DNA of 64,000 nucleotides from Felis catus (GCF_018350175.1 NC_058373.1:101000001-101064000), one strand, 5' to 3'. Counted from the first letter of the stretch, positions 36,609 through 51,008 are shown. Translations and numbers: made by a program. Notes: generated from the letters alone by a model not told the origin.

Positions 36609-38843
36609 CCAGTCCCAGCTATCACTTCACACCTGGATGGCTGGCATGGGCTCATAGATAGACTAGGCGAGGCCTCCTCTTTCCTAACTCATCCTATAGG
36701 CCATGGATATTCATCTTCTGCAGACACTCTTGTTCCACAGCTCAGGGGTCCCCAAACCTTCAAAGACTCCCTGTTTTCTTGGGCATCCAACCCAAGCTTC
36801 TCTTCTGAGTTTTCCAGACCCACAATTTGTCCATCCTAGTGATCCTTACTTCCTGTTATTTCATGTAATCCAACTTCAGATCTAGTTTGGCTAATCTCTC
36901 TCACATTCATCAAAATGCCATTCTCATGCCTCTCTGTTGATATTGTTTTCTCTCCTGGAATACTTTATTTATTTCTCCAAACCATTCATTCACAGCATAT
37001 ATATTGTGAGCTTTCTATGTGCCAAATCCTAGAGTTGCAAGATCAAGATTTTTAAATTGAATTTTTAAAATTTTACCTCATCTTCATTAATCTCTTTCTT
37101 TTATTACTCTTAACCACTTTGAACATATATAATAATAAATAGAATATTATATATACCAGGCCCAGGGCGTAAGGGTGAAGGCAAGTGAGAGGCATGGACC
37201 TCTATCCTCAAAGTCGCCTTCACTTAAGCAATAAGAGGAATGACAGGAATTTCAGCCTATAGAGAAGTAGTTATGTGAGGCAAGGTGTGAAAATTAAATG
37301 AAATGGAATGTGATTAATGGAGTGATGATTTAGCAGTGAATTATGTATAACTTCATTTTGTTCACTCTTGTTTCAAATGTGTTTCCTTATCTTGTCGAAA
37401 GATAAGCTATTTGAGCACAGAGGCTAAGCTTTCTTTGAATTGTCCAGTTCTTAAAGGGGGTTCAATACACACTTGAGCCTTTACCAACTTTATATTGCTT
37501 CTAACTTCCACAAAATGAAATGCTCCTTTACCTATATTCCCAGGAACACTACTGAAGGAAGGAGATCCAAGGTGCAGCCACTTTCCTAGTTTTATCCTCA
37601 ATTTATTTCCTAGAGCAGTAGAAGCCCTTGGAGAAGACTGAGGCAGAGATGCAGTGAAAGGGGGTGAAGTTGGGCACCCACTTACCTTCCTAATGGTTCT
37701 ACCCTCATGGATCAGTGAAAGGTATTGTATGTCTCCAGAAATTTCTGGCCGTATGTTCACATCTTTGGATCCACTCCTTTCCAAGATATGCTTCCATTGT
37801 TTGAGTCATTCCTCCTGACATATCATGACATTTTTACCATTCTCTTAAGCCATAGGTCCCAGCAAAACCGTATGATTCTAAGTCAGGGACATGAGGAGGC
37901 ATTCTTAAAACCACTGTAGAAGAATCTACAGTGGTTTTGACTGGGTTTTAGATTGGTTGAAGCTGAATTTTAGTCCAAGTCACCCTGCCACCAGTTCAAA
38001 GCATTGTAGATGGTAAAAGTTCATTTTGAACAAGACCATAATTTGAATTGTTTTAGGATTTACTCAGAGTGGTGCTCTATTATGAGTCAGCACTTCAGTG
38101 TATTCTGTCTTCCCTCCTACAGAACTGTATGCCAGGACTTTTAAATTTAGAATATTGGGTCGGAACAATGGAATCATGACTTTTCAGAAAAGATGATGAA
38201 ACTGTTTTTTACTTGAAGGAAAGCAAGCTATAAATGCTAAATAAGTCAGTGATTTATAATATGATTTTTTAATTGAGAACGAATCATAAATAGGGAGTTC
38301 AGTGATGCTGCAACAGTGTGACCACAAGCAACCCAAGTAATTCTATTACAATGTAACGTGCCAATTAACTTAATGATATTTACACATTAATTTAGGGGAG
38401 GAAGAAAGAAAAAGACTCTTCATGGATGTTTCTAATAACTTAGAGAGAGGTAGCTCTAGACTTCTTTTACTTCAGAAAAAAGTGACATCTCAATATCTGT
38501 TTAAAGATTGGAATGTGGTCGGGAAGAGGAGACCATGCTGATGACGACATAAAGATTTGCTATAAAATATCTTGGCTTTAAAAAAGATGAAGATTATATC
38601 TTCCTTTTTCCTCCACATGCCCAACCCCTGCCCCCAATATGTTATTTCAGTTTATGGTTGGCTATACTGTTTTAATTTCCATTTTATGGGTAAGGAAATT
38701 GGGACATAGTGGTATAAGAGGAATTCAAATTCAAAACATCAGCTGAGAAACCAGAAGTTGCGATTGTTTTAGCGCCAGACCTGTGCTCATTCTAGAAGGT
38801 TAGGATATATCCTGAAAAAAGGAAGGTGATGCCATTAGGATGC

Positions 38844-39189
38844 TGCTGTGGTCTGACTGTGTCCCTCCCGAAAGTCGTATGTTGAAATCCTAACTGTCAA
38901 AGATGATGGTATTAGGAGGTGGGGTCTTTGGGAGGTCATTAGGCCATGAAGTAGAGCTCTCATGAAAGAGAATAGTGCTCATAGAAGAGAAATCCCACAG
39001 AACTCCCTCTCCCTTCTTCCATGTGGGAATACCTTAAGAAGTCTGCAGTCCAGAAGAAGGTCTTCACCCAACCATGCTGGCACCCTGATCTTGAACTTCC
39101 AGATTCCAGAACTGTAAGCAACAAGTTTCTGTTATTTATAAACCACCAAGTCTGTGGCATTTTGTTAAATTTACAAACAGACTAAGACA
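38844..39189 (+). mobile_element. MLT1A-family solo LTR
   Basis: tg...ca ends, gttgaaatcctaac...gactaagaca; perfect 5-bp TSD gatgc. Confidence 0.92.
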
Positions 39190-40823
39190 GATGCATTTCT
39201 ATAGTCATTTATACAACACTCCTCCCAACAACAGCATACTACACAATCTTAAGTGCACATGGGGCAGTAACAAAAATAGACAGTATTCTGGGCCATAAAA
39301 TAAATTTCAAAAATTTTAAAGGATTTAAATATTCACGGAGTGGTTTTTTTTTTTTCTGATAACAATGACATTAAACTAGAAATCAGTTATAGAAAGAAAA
39401 TATTTCTGGAAAATCCATAAATAGTTAGAAATTAAACAGCTCATATCTAAATAACTCATGGATAAAGGAATACATCACAAGGGGAATTGTAAAAGAGTTT
39501 TATATAAACAAAAAGAAAACACAATATATCAAATTGTGAGATTCATCTAAAATAGTTTACTTAAAGAAAAATGGATAGCATATAAAAAGTATATTATTAC
39601 AGAGAAAAATTATAAAGTCAGTGATCAAAGCTTCTATCTGGGGAAACTAGAAACAGGAGAGCATCAGTAATTAACTTAAGTAGAAAGAAGTAAAACTTAA
39701 GTTAACTACAGAAAGCAATAAAATATGAGAAAAATGAAACTACCAAAGTAATAAAGAAAATCAGTAAATCCCAAAACTTATTTGAGAAGATCCATATATT
39801 CCTTAAAAACTAGACAGATTGATCAGGAAAAAAAAAAGAAGATACAAATTATTGCTATCATGAATATAAAAGGGAATATAACTACAGAGCCTGAAAATTT
39901 AAAAGAAATATAAGGCAATATTATGAATAACTATAAGCCAAGAAATTCATCAGTCTGGTGGAACGGATGAAATTTTGAAACGCAACAAACTACCAAAGCT
40001 AACTCAAAAAAAAAAAAAATAGATGAGCTAAATGGCCCTACATTTATTTTTAAAAATTGAATTCAAAGTTAAAATATTCCCTTAAAAGAAAACCTTAGGT
40101 CCAGATAACTTCATTGATGAATTGTACCAGGCATTTAGCGAAGAGATAATACCAGTTCTACATAAACTCCTCCAGGAAACAAAAGGGGAAAGAATATTTT
40201 CCAAACCATTTTTAGGAGGCTAGCATTAACCTGTTACCAAAATAATAGAAAGACATTAGAAAAAAAATTATAGATCTGTATCTTTCATGAACACAGATGC
40301 AAAAAACCTTACCAAAATATTAATAATTTGAATCCAGAAATGTATAAAAGGGTAATAATATATCTCCACCAATAAGACATACATGACATGGTCTTCTTTG
40401 CATAAAATCCCAAAATATCCTTAAAAAAACCTACAGAACTAATAAATGTATTTAGCAAGGTTATGGAATAAAAAGTCAACATACACAAATGAGATGTATT
40501 TTCATATGCTAATAATTAACATAATTTTAAATTTAAAAAGCAATGATCATTTACAATAGCATGAAAACCTTAAATATGGATAAATTTAACAAAAGCTGTG
40601 TAAAACATGTAAAATTAAAGACACATAAGTCTGAAAATTGTAAAAAAAAATGACTGTAAGTAATGAAAGAAGACAAATAAATGTAGAGATCCATTATTGT
40701 GAGAGAACGGCAAATTCAATATTGTTAAGATGTGAATTTTTCCTAAGTTTTTCTATAGGGTGAATGAATTCCCAAGCAAAGATCCTAGCAAGTGTTTTCT
40801 GTAGACGTTGAGAAGCTGATTCT

Positions 40824-43159
40824 TTTTTTTTTAAATTTTTATTTAAATTTCAGTACTGAAAATACAATGTAATATTAGTTGCAGGTGTACAATATGGTGA
40901 GTCAACATTTCTATGGCACACATGTTGCTCATCACAACAAGTGCTTTCCTTAAGCCCCATCACCTATTTTATGCGTGCCCCACCTACCTCCCCTCTGGTA
41001 ACCATCAGTTTGTTCTCCATAGTTACAGCTCTATTTCTTGGTTTGTCTCCCTCTCTATTTTTTCCCCCTTTGCCCATTTGTTTTGTTTCTTAAATTCCAC
41101 ACATGAGTGAAATCATATGGTATTTGTCTTCTTCTGACTTCATCCACTTAGCATAATACTTTCAAGCTCCATCCATGTCATTGGAAATGGCAAGATTTCT
41201 TTTTTTTTTTTTATGGTTGAGTAATATTCCATTGTATGTATACACATCTTCTTTACCCATTCATCAGTCACTGGACACTTGGGTTGTTTCCATAATTTGG
41301 TTATTGCAGATAATGCTGCTATAAACATCAGGGTACATGAATCCCTTTGAATTAGATTTTTGTATTTGGGTAAATATCTAGCAATGCAATTGTGAGGTAG
41401 TTTTATGTTTAACTTTTTTCTAAAAAATTTTTATATTTATTTTTGAGAGACAGAGAGAGAGAGAGAGAGAGAGCAAGGGGTAGAGGGGCAGAGAGAGAGG
41501 GAGACACAGAATCCAAAACAGGCTCCAGCCTCTGAGCTGTGAGCACAGAGCCTGATGGGGGGCTTAAATTCACAAACCGCGAGATCATGACCTGAGCCAA
41601 AGTCGGATGCCCAACCGACTGAGCCACCCAAGTGCCCCTGTTTCACTTTTTAAGGAAACTTCATACTGTTTTCCAAAGTGGCTGCACAAGTTTGCATTCC
41701 TATCAACTGTGCAAGAGTGTTCCCCTTTCTCCACATCCTTGCCAACACGTGTTGTTTCTCATATTGTTAATTTTAGCCATTCTGGCACATGTGAGGTGAT
41801 ATATCATTGTAATTTTGATTTGTATTTCCCTGATGATCAGTTATGTTGAGCATCTTTTCATGTGTCTGTTGGCTATATGTATGGCTACTTTGGAAAACTG
41901 TCTATTCATGTCTTCTGCCCAATTTGTAATTAGATTATTTATTTTTGGAGTGTTGAGTTTGATAAGTTCTTTATAGAATTTGGATAATAACCCTTTATCA
42001 GATATGTCATTTGTATATACCTTCTCCCATTCCATAGGTTGCCTTTTATTTTTGTTGATTGTTTCCTTCACTCCGCAGAAGCTTTTTATTTTGATGAAGC
42101 CCCAATAGTTTATTTTTGTTTTTGTTTTCTTTGCCTCTGCAGACATATCTAGAAGTTGTTATGGCAGATGTCAAAGAGGTTACTGCCTGTGTTCTTCTCT
42201 AGAATCTTTATGGTTTCAAGTCTCACATTAAGGTCTTAATTCATTTTGAATTTACATTTATGTATGGACCAGTTTCATTCTTTTACATGTGGCTGTCCAG
42301 TTTTCCCAACACTATTTGTTGAAGAAACTATCTTTTTCCCATTGGATATTCTTTCCTGCTTTGTTGAAGATTAATTGACCCTATTGTTGTGGGTTCATTT
42401 CTGGGTTTTCTATTCTGTTCTATTGATCTATGTGTCTATTTTTGTACCACTACCATACTGTTTTGATCACTATAGCTTTGTAATACAACTTGAAGTCCAG
42501 AATTGTGATGCCTCCAGCTTTGGTTTTCTTTTTCAGGATTGCTTTGGCTATTCAGGGTTTTTTTCTGGTTCCATACAAATTTTAGAAATATTTGTTCCAG
42601 CTCTGTGAAAAATGCTTTTGGTATTTTGATAGGGATTGCATCAAATGTGTAGATTGCTTTTGGTAATATAGCCATTTTAACAATATTTGTTCTTCTAATC
42701 CCTGAACATGGAATGTCTTTCCATTTCTTTGTATCATCTTCAACTTCTTTCATCAGTGTTTTATAGTTTTCAGAATACAGATCTTTCACTTCTTTGGTTG
42801 GATTTATTCCTAGGTATCTTATTGTTTTTGGTGTAGTTGCAAATGGGATTGATACCTTACTTTCTCTTTCTGCTTCTTCATTATTGGTGTATAGAAATGC
42901 AACATATTTTTTGTATGTTGATTTTGTATCCTGCAACTTTACTGAATTCGTTTATCAGTTCTAGAAGTCTTTTTGGTGGAGTTTTTAGGTTTTCTATATA
43001 GAATATCATGTCATCTACAAATAGTGAAAGTTTTACTTCTTCCTTGCCCATGTGGATGCCTTATATTTCTTTTTGTTGACTTAATGTTGTGGCTTCAACT
43101 TCCAGTACCATGTTGAATAACAGTGGTGAGAGTGAACATCTCTGTCTTGTTCCTGACAA
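40824..43159 (-). mobile_element. 5'-truncated carnivore L1 (ORF2 C-term + 3' UTR)
   Basis: ORFs 42436-42936 and 41841-42146 are L1 ORF2-like; TSD gagaagctgattct (40810-40823, 43160-43173). Confidence 0.95.
41420..41638 (-). mobile_element. Can-SINE inside the carnivore L1
   Basis: TSD tgttt(a/c)acttttt. Confidence 0.95.
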
Positions 43160-44883
43160 GAGAAGCTGATTCTAAAATTCTCATTCTAAAATGAAAACTC
43201 AAAGGACCTAAAGCAATATAGATACTTTTGAAAAAGGGAGAAAAAAATGGAAGGATTTATACCATCTGATTTCAAGACTTACTGTGATGCTACAGAGAGT
43301 AAAATAGTGTGATACAGACATATAAATCAATGTAATGGAATAGAGAACTCAGAAGTAGACTGACACATATATGATCAATTGATGTTCAAAAAAAGGGCTA
43401 AGATAATTCAACAGAGATGGTCTTTTCAACAAATGGCACAGAAACAATCAGATATCTATATGGAAAATACCAACTTAGAATCTTTACCTCACATCATACA
43501 TATATAATCAACTCTCAGTGGATCACAGACCTAAACACAAGTGCTAATAACATAAAACTTCTAGAAGAAAACATAGGAGAAACTCTTTGTAACTTTGAGT
43601 TAGTCAAAAACTATATATAGGACAAAGAAAGCATGAGCCATGAAAGAAAACTTCATAAATAGACATTAGAATGAACCATTTTGCTCTTCAAAGGTCATTA
43701 TTAAGGAAATACAAAGAGGAGCCACATAGTGGAAGGCAATATTTACAGAATATATACTTGGTAAAGTATTTGTACTCAAAATATATTAAGAACCCTTACA
43801 GCTCAATAAAGAAGAACATAAACAACCCAGTCAAAAAAGTGAGCAAAAGATTTTAAAAGATACTTCACAATGAAGACATATAAATGCTAGTAAGTACCTA
43901 TTTGATATGACTAGTCATCAGGGAATTTCACATTAAAATGACCATGAGATTCTACTACCTACTCAGTTGAATGGCTAGAATTAAAAGACTGATAATACCG
44001 AATGCTGACAAGTACACTGAGCAACCAGAATTCTCATACATTGCAGTGAGAATGTAAAACGTTGCAGCCATTCTGTAAATCAGTTGTACAGTTTCTTATA
44101 AAGCTACAGACTAACCACATGGCTTTGGAATTACACTTATAAGCATTTACCTGAGAAAAATGAAAACACATGTTTCCCACAAAGGTTTATATGTAAATAT
44201 TCATAGCAACTTTTTTCATTAAAGCCCCAAACAGAAAACTACCAATATCCATCAATAGGTGAATAAATAAATTATGGTATGTCCATACAGTGAAACACTA
44301 TTTAGCAGTAAAAAGGAATGAACTACTGATAGATGCAACAGCACGCAGGAATTTCAAAAGCATTATGCTGAGTGACAGAAGCCTTACACAAAATAGCATA
44401 CACTATATGAATTCATTTCTATGAAATTATACAAAGGGCAAAACTCTAGTAATTAAACGTTGATCAGCGGTTGCATGGGGCCAAAGGTGAAGACAAGGGC
44501 TTAACTGCAAAGGTGAAAAAGTAGAGGGGATTTTTGGTCTGATGGAAATGTTCTTTATCTTGACTGCAGTAGTGGGCATGTGACTGCTTTACATTCATCA
44601 AAATTCTGAACTGTGTAGGTTAAAAAGTCAGTGACTTTTACTGAAATTCAACCTTGAAAAAGTGGAATTTTCAAAAGGCCTCTTTTAAAATTCAAATTCT
44701 GAAAACTGCAAATGAAAATTTTGTTTTATATCACATTTGTGTGACGTTTTGTAGGCTCTGTGTTTGTCAGTATACCTTGAGGTAAAGCCTGTTGTCCATC
44801 TTGGTGCTGTACTTTGATTTTTATCACAATCTTGTCTTAGCTCTTTTTTTCCAATTAAAAATCTTTATCAGAAGTCAAATTTT

Positions 44884-45103
44884 GGGATGCCTGGGTGGCT
44901 CAGTCGATTAAGCGTCCAACTTCAGCTCAGGTCATGATCTCAGAGTTCGTGGGTTTGAGCCCCACACCGGGCTCTGTGCTGACAGCTCAGAGCCTGGAGC
45001 CTGCTTGGGATTCTGTGTCTTCCTCTCTCTCTGCCCCTTCCCTACTCAAGTTCTCTCTCTCTCTCTCTCTCTCTCAAATAAATATTGAAAAAAAAATTTT
45101 TTT
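44884..45103 (+). mobile_element. Can-SINE
   Basis: TSD aagtcaaa(t/c)tt. Confidence 0.95.
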
Positions 45104-45459
45104 AAGTCAAACTTCACATAAAAATTGGAAGCCAATTTAATGCCCTTTTTCTTAATTTAGAATAGTCAGTTTTTGCTCTAAGAAGTAGAATTGTAAAGCC
45201 CATAAAGTTCCTTCACTTTTTCCCTTGAGTGTTTGAAAACCCTGTGGCTGGTGTAGGTCAGAAACATAGCAGTGAACGCTTCAGGGAAGAAGCTGGCCCC
45301 TCCCTTGCACCTCCCACACTTGAGACACTGGAATGTGACTGCCCATCAAGAAATAATCAGGACAGTTCACATCAGTGAAAACTTCATCATTAAGGGTAGG
45401 ATTAACATTTGGGAATCACTGATCTGGGACACTTAGGTTACCTTTCAGAGCATAAAGCG

Positions 45460-45680
45460 GTGTTAATATAAAGGGTTTGAAGCAGGCCATCATGGACTTG
45501 AATCCTGGTTCTGACAATTCTTACCTGTGTGCTGTTAAGTTCAGTTTGGACATCTCTAAAATGCAGAGATATATACGCACCTCATAATGCTGATATGAAG
45601 ATTAAATGAAATAATATATGTGGAATGCTTAGTACGGTGCCTGACACATACTAAGCACCAATCAACAGGAGCTATTTCTA
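45460..45680 (+). mobile_element. MIR
   Basis: ttgaatcctggttctg...gaagattaaatgaaataatatatg...gtgcctgacacatactaagcac. Confidence 0.85.
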
Positions 45681-46044
45681 TGTTATCCCTTGGGTTTTCT
45701 GCATTCACTAGGATTGTTCTGTCCTAGGACCACAGGGAACCCTGGAAAACAGGTGTTTGAACTGGAAGAGAAAGGCAGAAGTCCAGGGAAAGCAGCCAGG
45801 TAGGAAACTACAGAGTAGGACAACTTGAAATTGCCTGTCAGGAAATAGGACTCAGCACTGTGGGGAAGTGTGAAGCAGGTATGGCTAGGCTACTCCAGCA
45901 CAGGGTCCCTAACTCACAATATCCATTTTTTCTTTTTTTCTTGCCTCATTTCTTCTATTTGTCAATTTTCTACTTAATTATCTTACATTTAAAAGTATTC
46001 ATTTTAGCAAGACTGTTTTAAAAAGGCATAGGGGAAACTTAAAG

Positions 46045-46150
46045 GCAGATGTGTATAAATTCCTAGTCGGTTGACTCTGTGTTAATCAAAAGGGAGATTA
46101 TTTTGGGTGGGTTTGACTTAATCAGTTGGAAGGCCTTTAAAAGAGGGCTT
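46045..46150 (+). mobile_element. MLT1E2-like fragment
   Basis: gttgactctgtgttaatcaaaagggagattattttgggtggg. Confidence 0.7.
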
Positions 46151-46154
46151 CCAA

Positions 46155-46580
46155 TATGACTAAATGAAGGAAGCCAATCTGAAAAGGCTACATACCACAT
46201 TATGTGGAAAGATCAGCGGTTGCCAGGGGTTTGGGAGAAGGGAATGATGAGTAGGTGGAGCACAGGGTATTTTCAAGGCAGTGAAACTACCCTGTATGAC
46301 ACAGTAAGGGTGGATATAAGTCACATATATTTATTAAAACCTATAGAATGTATGATACAACCAGTGAACTCTAATGTAAACTATGGACTTTGATTGATAA
46401 TGATGTGTCATTGTTGGTTCATTGGTTGTAACAAAGGTACCATCCTGGTACAGAACGCCGATAGTAAGGGTGGCTGTATGTGTGTGGCAAAGAGGTTGAG
46501 TGGGAACTCTACACTTTTTGCTTCGTTGTTCTGGGAACCTAAAACTGCTCTAAAAAACAAAACCCATTAAGTTAAAAAAC
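46155..46580 (+). mobile_element. L1MC1-like 3' end
   Basis: gaagccaatctgaaaaggctacatac...gtgaactctaatgtaaactatggacttt...gaacctaaaactgctctaaaaa. Confidence 0.85.
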
Positions 46581-46779
46581 AAATGAAACAAACCATCCAT
46601 GATCCCATCACTTTTAGAAATATTCTTACTTTTGTATAGTGACCCTTGTGCACATACATACATATTTCTTTATAGCTGTGGTCATTGAGAAGGGCTGATC
46701 ACTTGACTGTCAGCCCCTAAACTAATTATTTGTAAGATGTATTAGATATCACAACTTAACGGAGAAGCAGAGGGCAGGA

Positions 46780-46910
46780 AGCTAACATTTATGGAGTATT
46801 TACAAGATACCAGGCCCTGTGCCAGGTGCTTTACACATCTCATTGTATTTAATTCTCTTAACAACCTTATGAGATAGGTGTTATCTCCACTTTATAGGGA
46901 AACAAACTGT
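46780..46910 (-). mobile_element. MIR
   Basis: gctaacatttatggagtatttac...aacaaccttatgagataggt. Confidence 0.8.
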
Positions 46911-47120
46911 AATTTTAAAATAACTCAGTTACCAGATTAACCAAAGATCATCCTTGGACAAGGTTAGATGTTACGGGTGATATGCCCAACCCAGATTTTC
47001 TTATGACAGGAAGAATAGGTCAGAATAATATTTACCAAAATAGGTTTTATGAAACCGCATTTTCATAGGAAGTTAAAAAGATGATAGGTAGATATTGATA
47101 GTCATAGGTAGATAAAGATA

Positions 47121-47122
<2 letters not shown>

Positions 47123-47158
<36 letters not shown>
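47123..47158. repeat. (TC)n microsatellite
   Basis: Direct observation. Confidence 0.95.
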
Positions 47159-47160
<2 letters not shown>

Positions 47161-47499
47161 CTTATAAAAGTTTGGAGATGCTTTAGGTGAAACTTTGAAA
47201 ATTTCAAAGAAACTTTTTAAAGCTTCTTTCCTATAGAAAATCTCAATATGTACCGTGAATTTCCATCACTTGCCATTTTTTGAAGCAAGAGTTTTGTAGT
47301 ACTAGTTCCCCATCAAACACAATTTGGGAAATCCCACCCCATAACATTATTCATAATTTACTTAGTGAACTCACTAGTTAATTTTAAGAATTTCTAGAAT
47401 ATATTCTATGACAGTGTCCATAAAAAATTCCAAGTTTCATCTTATTATTTATTTTATCAAATGAATAATATACCTTGGGGTTAAGCCATAAAATGATGT

Positions 47500-47665
47500 A
47501 GAACCATAGAATTGTAGGCCTGGAAGAGATCACAAGAACTCAATAGGCCACCTCCCAGGCTTCAGAGAGGACCACACCTAAGCCATCATGGACAGATGGG
47601 TATCTAGTTGTAAAAGACCTCCAGGGAAGAAAATTCCATAACCTCCCTGTAACTTATTCCAGATG
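47500..47665 (-). mobile_element. CR1/L3-like 3' fragment
   Basis: catagaattgtaggcctggaagagatc...acctccagggaagaaaattccataacctccc. Confidence 0.5.
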
Positions 47666-47853
47666 CCCAAGCTCTTCTGAGAAAATGATGAGCTCCTTGA
47701 AGCTCTTCTATTCTATTGTGCAAGTACTTGTGCTTTGTCATCAAGGCAGCATATTATATGCAGGTGTTTAGATTTTTTTAAAAAAGGTATTGGTGAAAGT
47801 AAGATGAAGATCTCTATATATAGATATATAAGAGATGCAGATAGATATATCTT

Positions 47854-47893
47854 CTATCTATCTATCTATCTATCTATCTATCATCTATCTATC
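47854..47893. repeat. (TATC)n microsatellite
   Basis: Direct observation. Confidence 0.9.
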
Positions 47894-47959
47894 GGGAGAG
47901 AGCACAGGAATTAAAAATGTCATTTCAGAATTATCTTTGACTTCTATTTTCAGTTTCAG

Positions 47960-48545
47960 TTAGTCTTCTCATCCTATTACTTTTTCCTTTGAAGTCTCTT
48001 GATTCAATTGCCTGCTCTTTTCCCCTTGCCACCCACAGTTCAAGTTCTCATTCCTGCTAGCGTGGATCTCTCTTAATTTCCCTATCTCTAGACTCGCTTC
48101 CTTCTCATTGGCCCCCACAGTGCTAAAACATTCAACTTTAAAGTGCGGCTCTATCATGTCACTTCATGTCTAACATTTTTGGTGGCTTCCTATTACCAAC
48201 ACTGTAAATGTGAGCTTCATAGATTGGCCTGTGCGGTTTGGTCCCACCTTCCCCTCCCAGTCTTATCTCTGGTTATTCTCCATCATACATTCTACACACC
48301 GCTGACAGTGAACATACTTTCCTGACCCTATGGATTTTCATGCTTTTGTGCCTTGGATTTTTTCATTCCTTCTGCAATTCCTTCCTTTCATTTCCTTCTG
48401 AAATTACATTCCTTCCCCTCTTTGTGGTGTTTTTACTCATCTGTCAAATCTTAGCTCCTTTGTGAAATCTGCCTAGTTCTCTCTAGACCAAACTCACTAT
48501 TTTATCATATTTTGCTTTTTAAAAACTTTTGTTCATATCACACTC
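47960..48545 (+). mobile_element. L2 fragment
   Basis: ctatcatgtcacttcatgtctaacatttttggtggcttcctatt. Confidence 0.6.
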
Positions 48546-49741
48546 ACATCACTTAGAAAGCTATGTCATAAAATATGGCAGCTCATCAACCAATGGGTAA
48601 CATGACTTTGATATGTGCTAGGGAGAGGGGAAATGGGCAAAGACTGAAGGAGTGAGCCCAAGGGAGATCAGGGCTGACTGTTGACCAGCAAAGGAAAATG
48701 GTGATCGTGAAGATAATGGTGAATGTGAGAGAGAAAACCACATAAAGACCCTTCTTTGAGGAATAAGAGGACTGTCTGTGATCCAGGAAAGATTGACAGG
48801 TACAGAGCTTAAGGCAGGCAGCCAGTTCCTCAACATCCCCTGGAAACAAGGAGGCAGAACACAGGGCAGACGGCAGCCACAGATACAAGAAACCTCTAGG
48901 AGCAAAACTTCCAACTTCTCTACCGTCCTCAGGACTAGGGATGCATAGTGCCAAGGTCAGGAACTTTGGGAGAAGGGAGAGGGTCATCATCAATACCACA
49001 TTATAAGCACAGCTTTATAATTGTTTTGCCTTGCAGTGATTTGTGTCTATGATCAGAACACCTGTCTAGTGTTTCAGTTGTTCTCAGGAGCTCTGGCTGG
49101 GAGAAGAGGGAGTATGCCAACTTGGCAACACTGAGTGAAGCTCATTCCCTGAGGACAATCCAAATAAATTGCAGTGATGAGTGTATTTAATTGTGTTGTT
49201 GGATCACTGAATGAATATATGAACTAGAAATGGAAGGCTCTCTTAGGAAAGAACCATCTCAGAATGTCTCAATAGTTCACAATCGATATTACCACAGGGA
49301 AATAAAACAGATGCCCTAAAACATTTACCACAACTTACATACCTAAATAATTATTTTTTTTTCTTCAAAGTGGCTACCTTAAGTGACTGTACTCCTAGGA
49401 TAATCATATTGCCATTTCTATTTCATTGTAATTTTTTGAATGCCTACCATGTGCTAGAACCTGCTATAAATGCTTTATCACCTCTAGTCTAACAGCATTT
49501 GTAGAGCTAAGCTATCCTCATTTTAAAGATTAGAAAACTAAGTACCTTGCCCAACATGGACAACAGATAATGTGAGCCAGTGGTTGATCAAACTCCAATC
49601 TGAGACTTAAGTTTGTATTCTTCTTCTTCTATCACGTTGACTGAAAGCATTTTTGGGGAAATGCTTTTAGAACCTAAGGTACAGTCATTTAATATATTCA
49701 TTAGTAACAAATCTTTTTACTTTCAAGATAAATTTGAGTTT

Positions 49742-49810
49742 GATTTTTAATTTTTTTTAATTTGTTTATTTTTAGAGACAGAGAGAGAGCATGCACTTGC
49801 ATGGGGGAAG

Positions 49811-49850
<40 letters not shown>

Positions 49851-49968
49851 CCTAAGCAGGCTTCATACTGTCAGAGCAGAGCCTCAGGCCAGGCTCTGTC
49901 TCACAGACCAAGAGATCATGACCTGTGCCAAAATCAAGAGTTGGACGCCTAACCGACTGAGGCACCCC
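49742..49968 (-). mobile_element. Can-SINE
   Basis: TSD aaatttgagttt. Confidence 0.95.
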
Positions 49969-50480
49969 AAATTTGAGTTTTAAAATAGTCAAGACTTTTG
50001 GAATCAACTGTGGTGAAAATGGTGGGAAATTGGGGTACATTAATATAATTTGGGACCAAAAATCGAGGTGCGGCTCTGGAGGAAGTACACTGAACACTTT
50101 GCATAATTTTAAAACTTAAGTGAAAAGTTTAAATTTAAAATATCATTGGCTTTGGAGTTTCTAAACCACCACAGATGCTGAAAGAGTGGGATTTGGTCTA
50201 GAGAGTATGATATGAACATTTTAATTTTATTTCAAACGTATAATCTCACTATTGACAAACCTTAAGTTAGGAAGGGCTGTTTCATGTCACTGCCTGTCCC
50301 CACCCCGCACCCCCCCCCAAATTCTGTATCAGCAAGTGGCAGAGCAAACCTTTAAACCCCAGACTTCAGGCTCCAAGCTCTTTCCAGTGTGTGTTGTAGC
50401 TGTCACTTTGGGAAGTGCTTCTAGAGCCCACGGCCCTGCCTAGTAAGCTTTCATCCTGTGCTTAAAACCTCTAAGAGTGA

Positions 50481-50700
50481 GGGGTGGCTGGGTGATTCAG
50501 TCGGTTAAGTGTCCAACTTCGGCTCAGGTCATGATCTCACAGTTGGTGAGTTCAAGTCCCACGTCAGGCTCTGTGCTGGCAGCTCAGAGCCTGGAGCTTG
50601 CTTTGAATTCTGTGTCTCCCTCTGTCTATGCCCCTCCCCCACTTGCACTCTGTCTCTGTCTCTGTCAAAAATAAATAATAAAACATTAAAAAAAAAAAAA
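50481..50700 (+). mobile_element. Can-SINE
   Basis: TSD ctctaaga(g/a)tga. Confidence 0.95.
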
Positions 50701-50932
50701 ACTCTAAGAATGATGAAGAGACCTGATCCTTGAGCAGACTATAAACATCAGTACATCCTTTTTGTTATATTGAGCAGAAATCTCCATGTAGTAGGCATTT
50801 CAGGATTTTGATAAATGACTGCGATTTCACGAACAAAAAAGAAGTTAATTTAGATATGTTCTAGAGATGTTTCTCAAACAGAATTAAAGTTTTGAGCTAG
50901 ATAAACCTGATCGCTCCTTGCCAGGCTGGTGG

Positions 50933-51008
50933 TTTCTTTTTTCTTTTTTTTTTCTTTTTTCTTTTTCCTTTTTCCTTTTTCCTTTTTCCTTTTTCCTTTT
51001 TCCTTTTT

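Larger units (their letters stand above)
39205..44660 (+). mobile_element. Old L1 (L1MB/ME-like) ORF2 + 3' UTR, split by a younger L1
   Basis: A-rich ORF2 remnants (ctgggccataaaa, ggtccagataacttcattgatgaatt, aaacttctagaagaaaacataggaga) and 3' end gatggaaatgttctttatcttgact. Confidence 0.9.

Noticed and set aside
36531..36839. Poly-proline ORF
   Set aside because: Product of the poly-C run
37686..37880. Minus-strand exon with strong donor AAG|gtaagt
   Set aside because: All frames from the nearest plausible acceptor contain stops
42436..42936. 166-aa ORF and neighbouring L1-like ORFs
   Set aside because: Fragments of a truncated, frameshifted L1 ORF2
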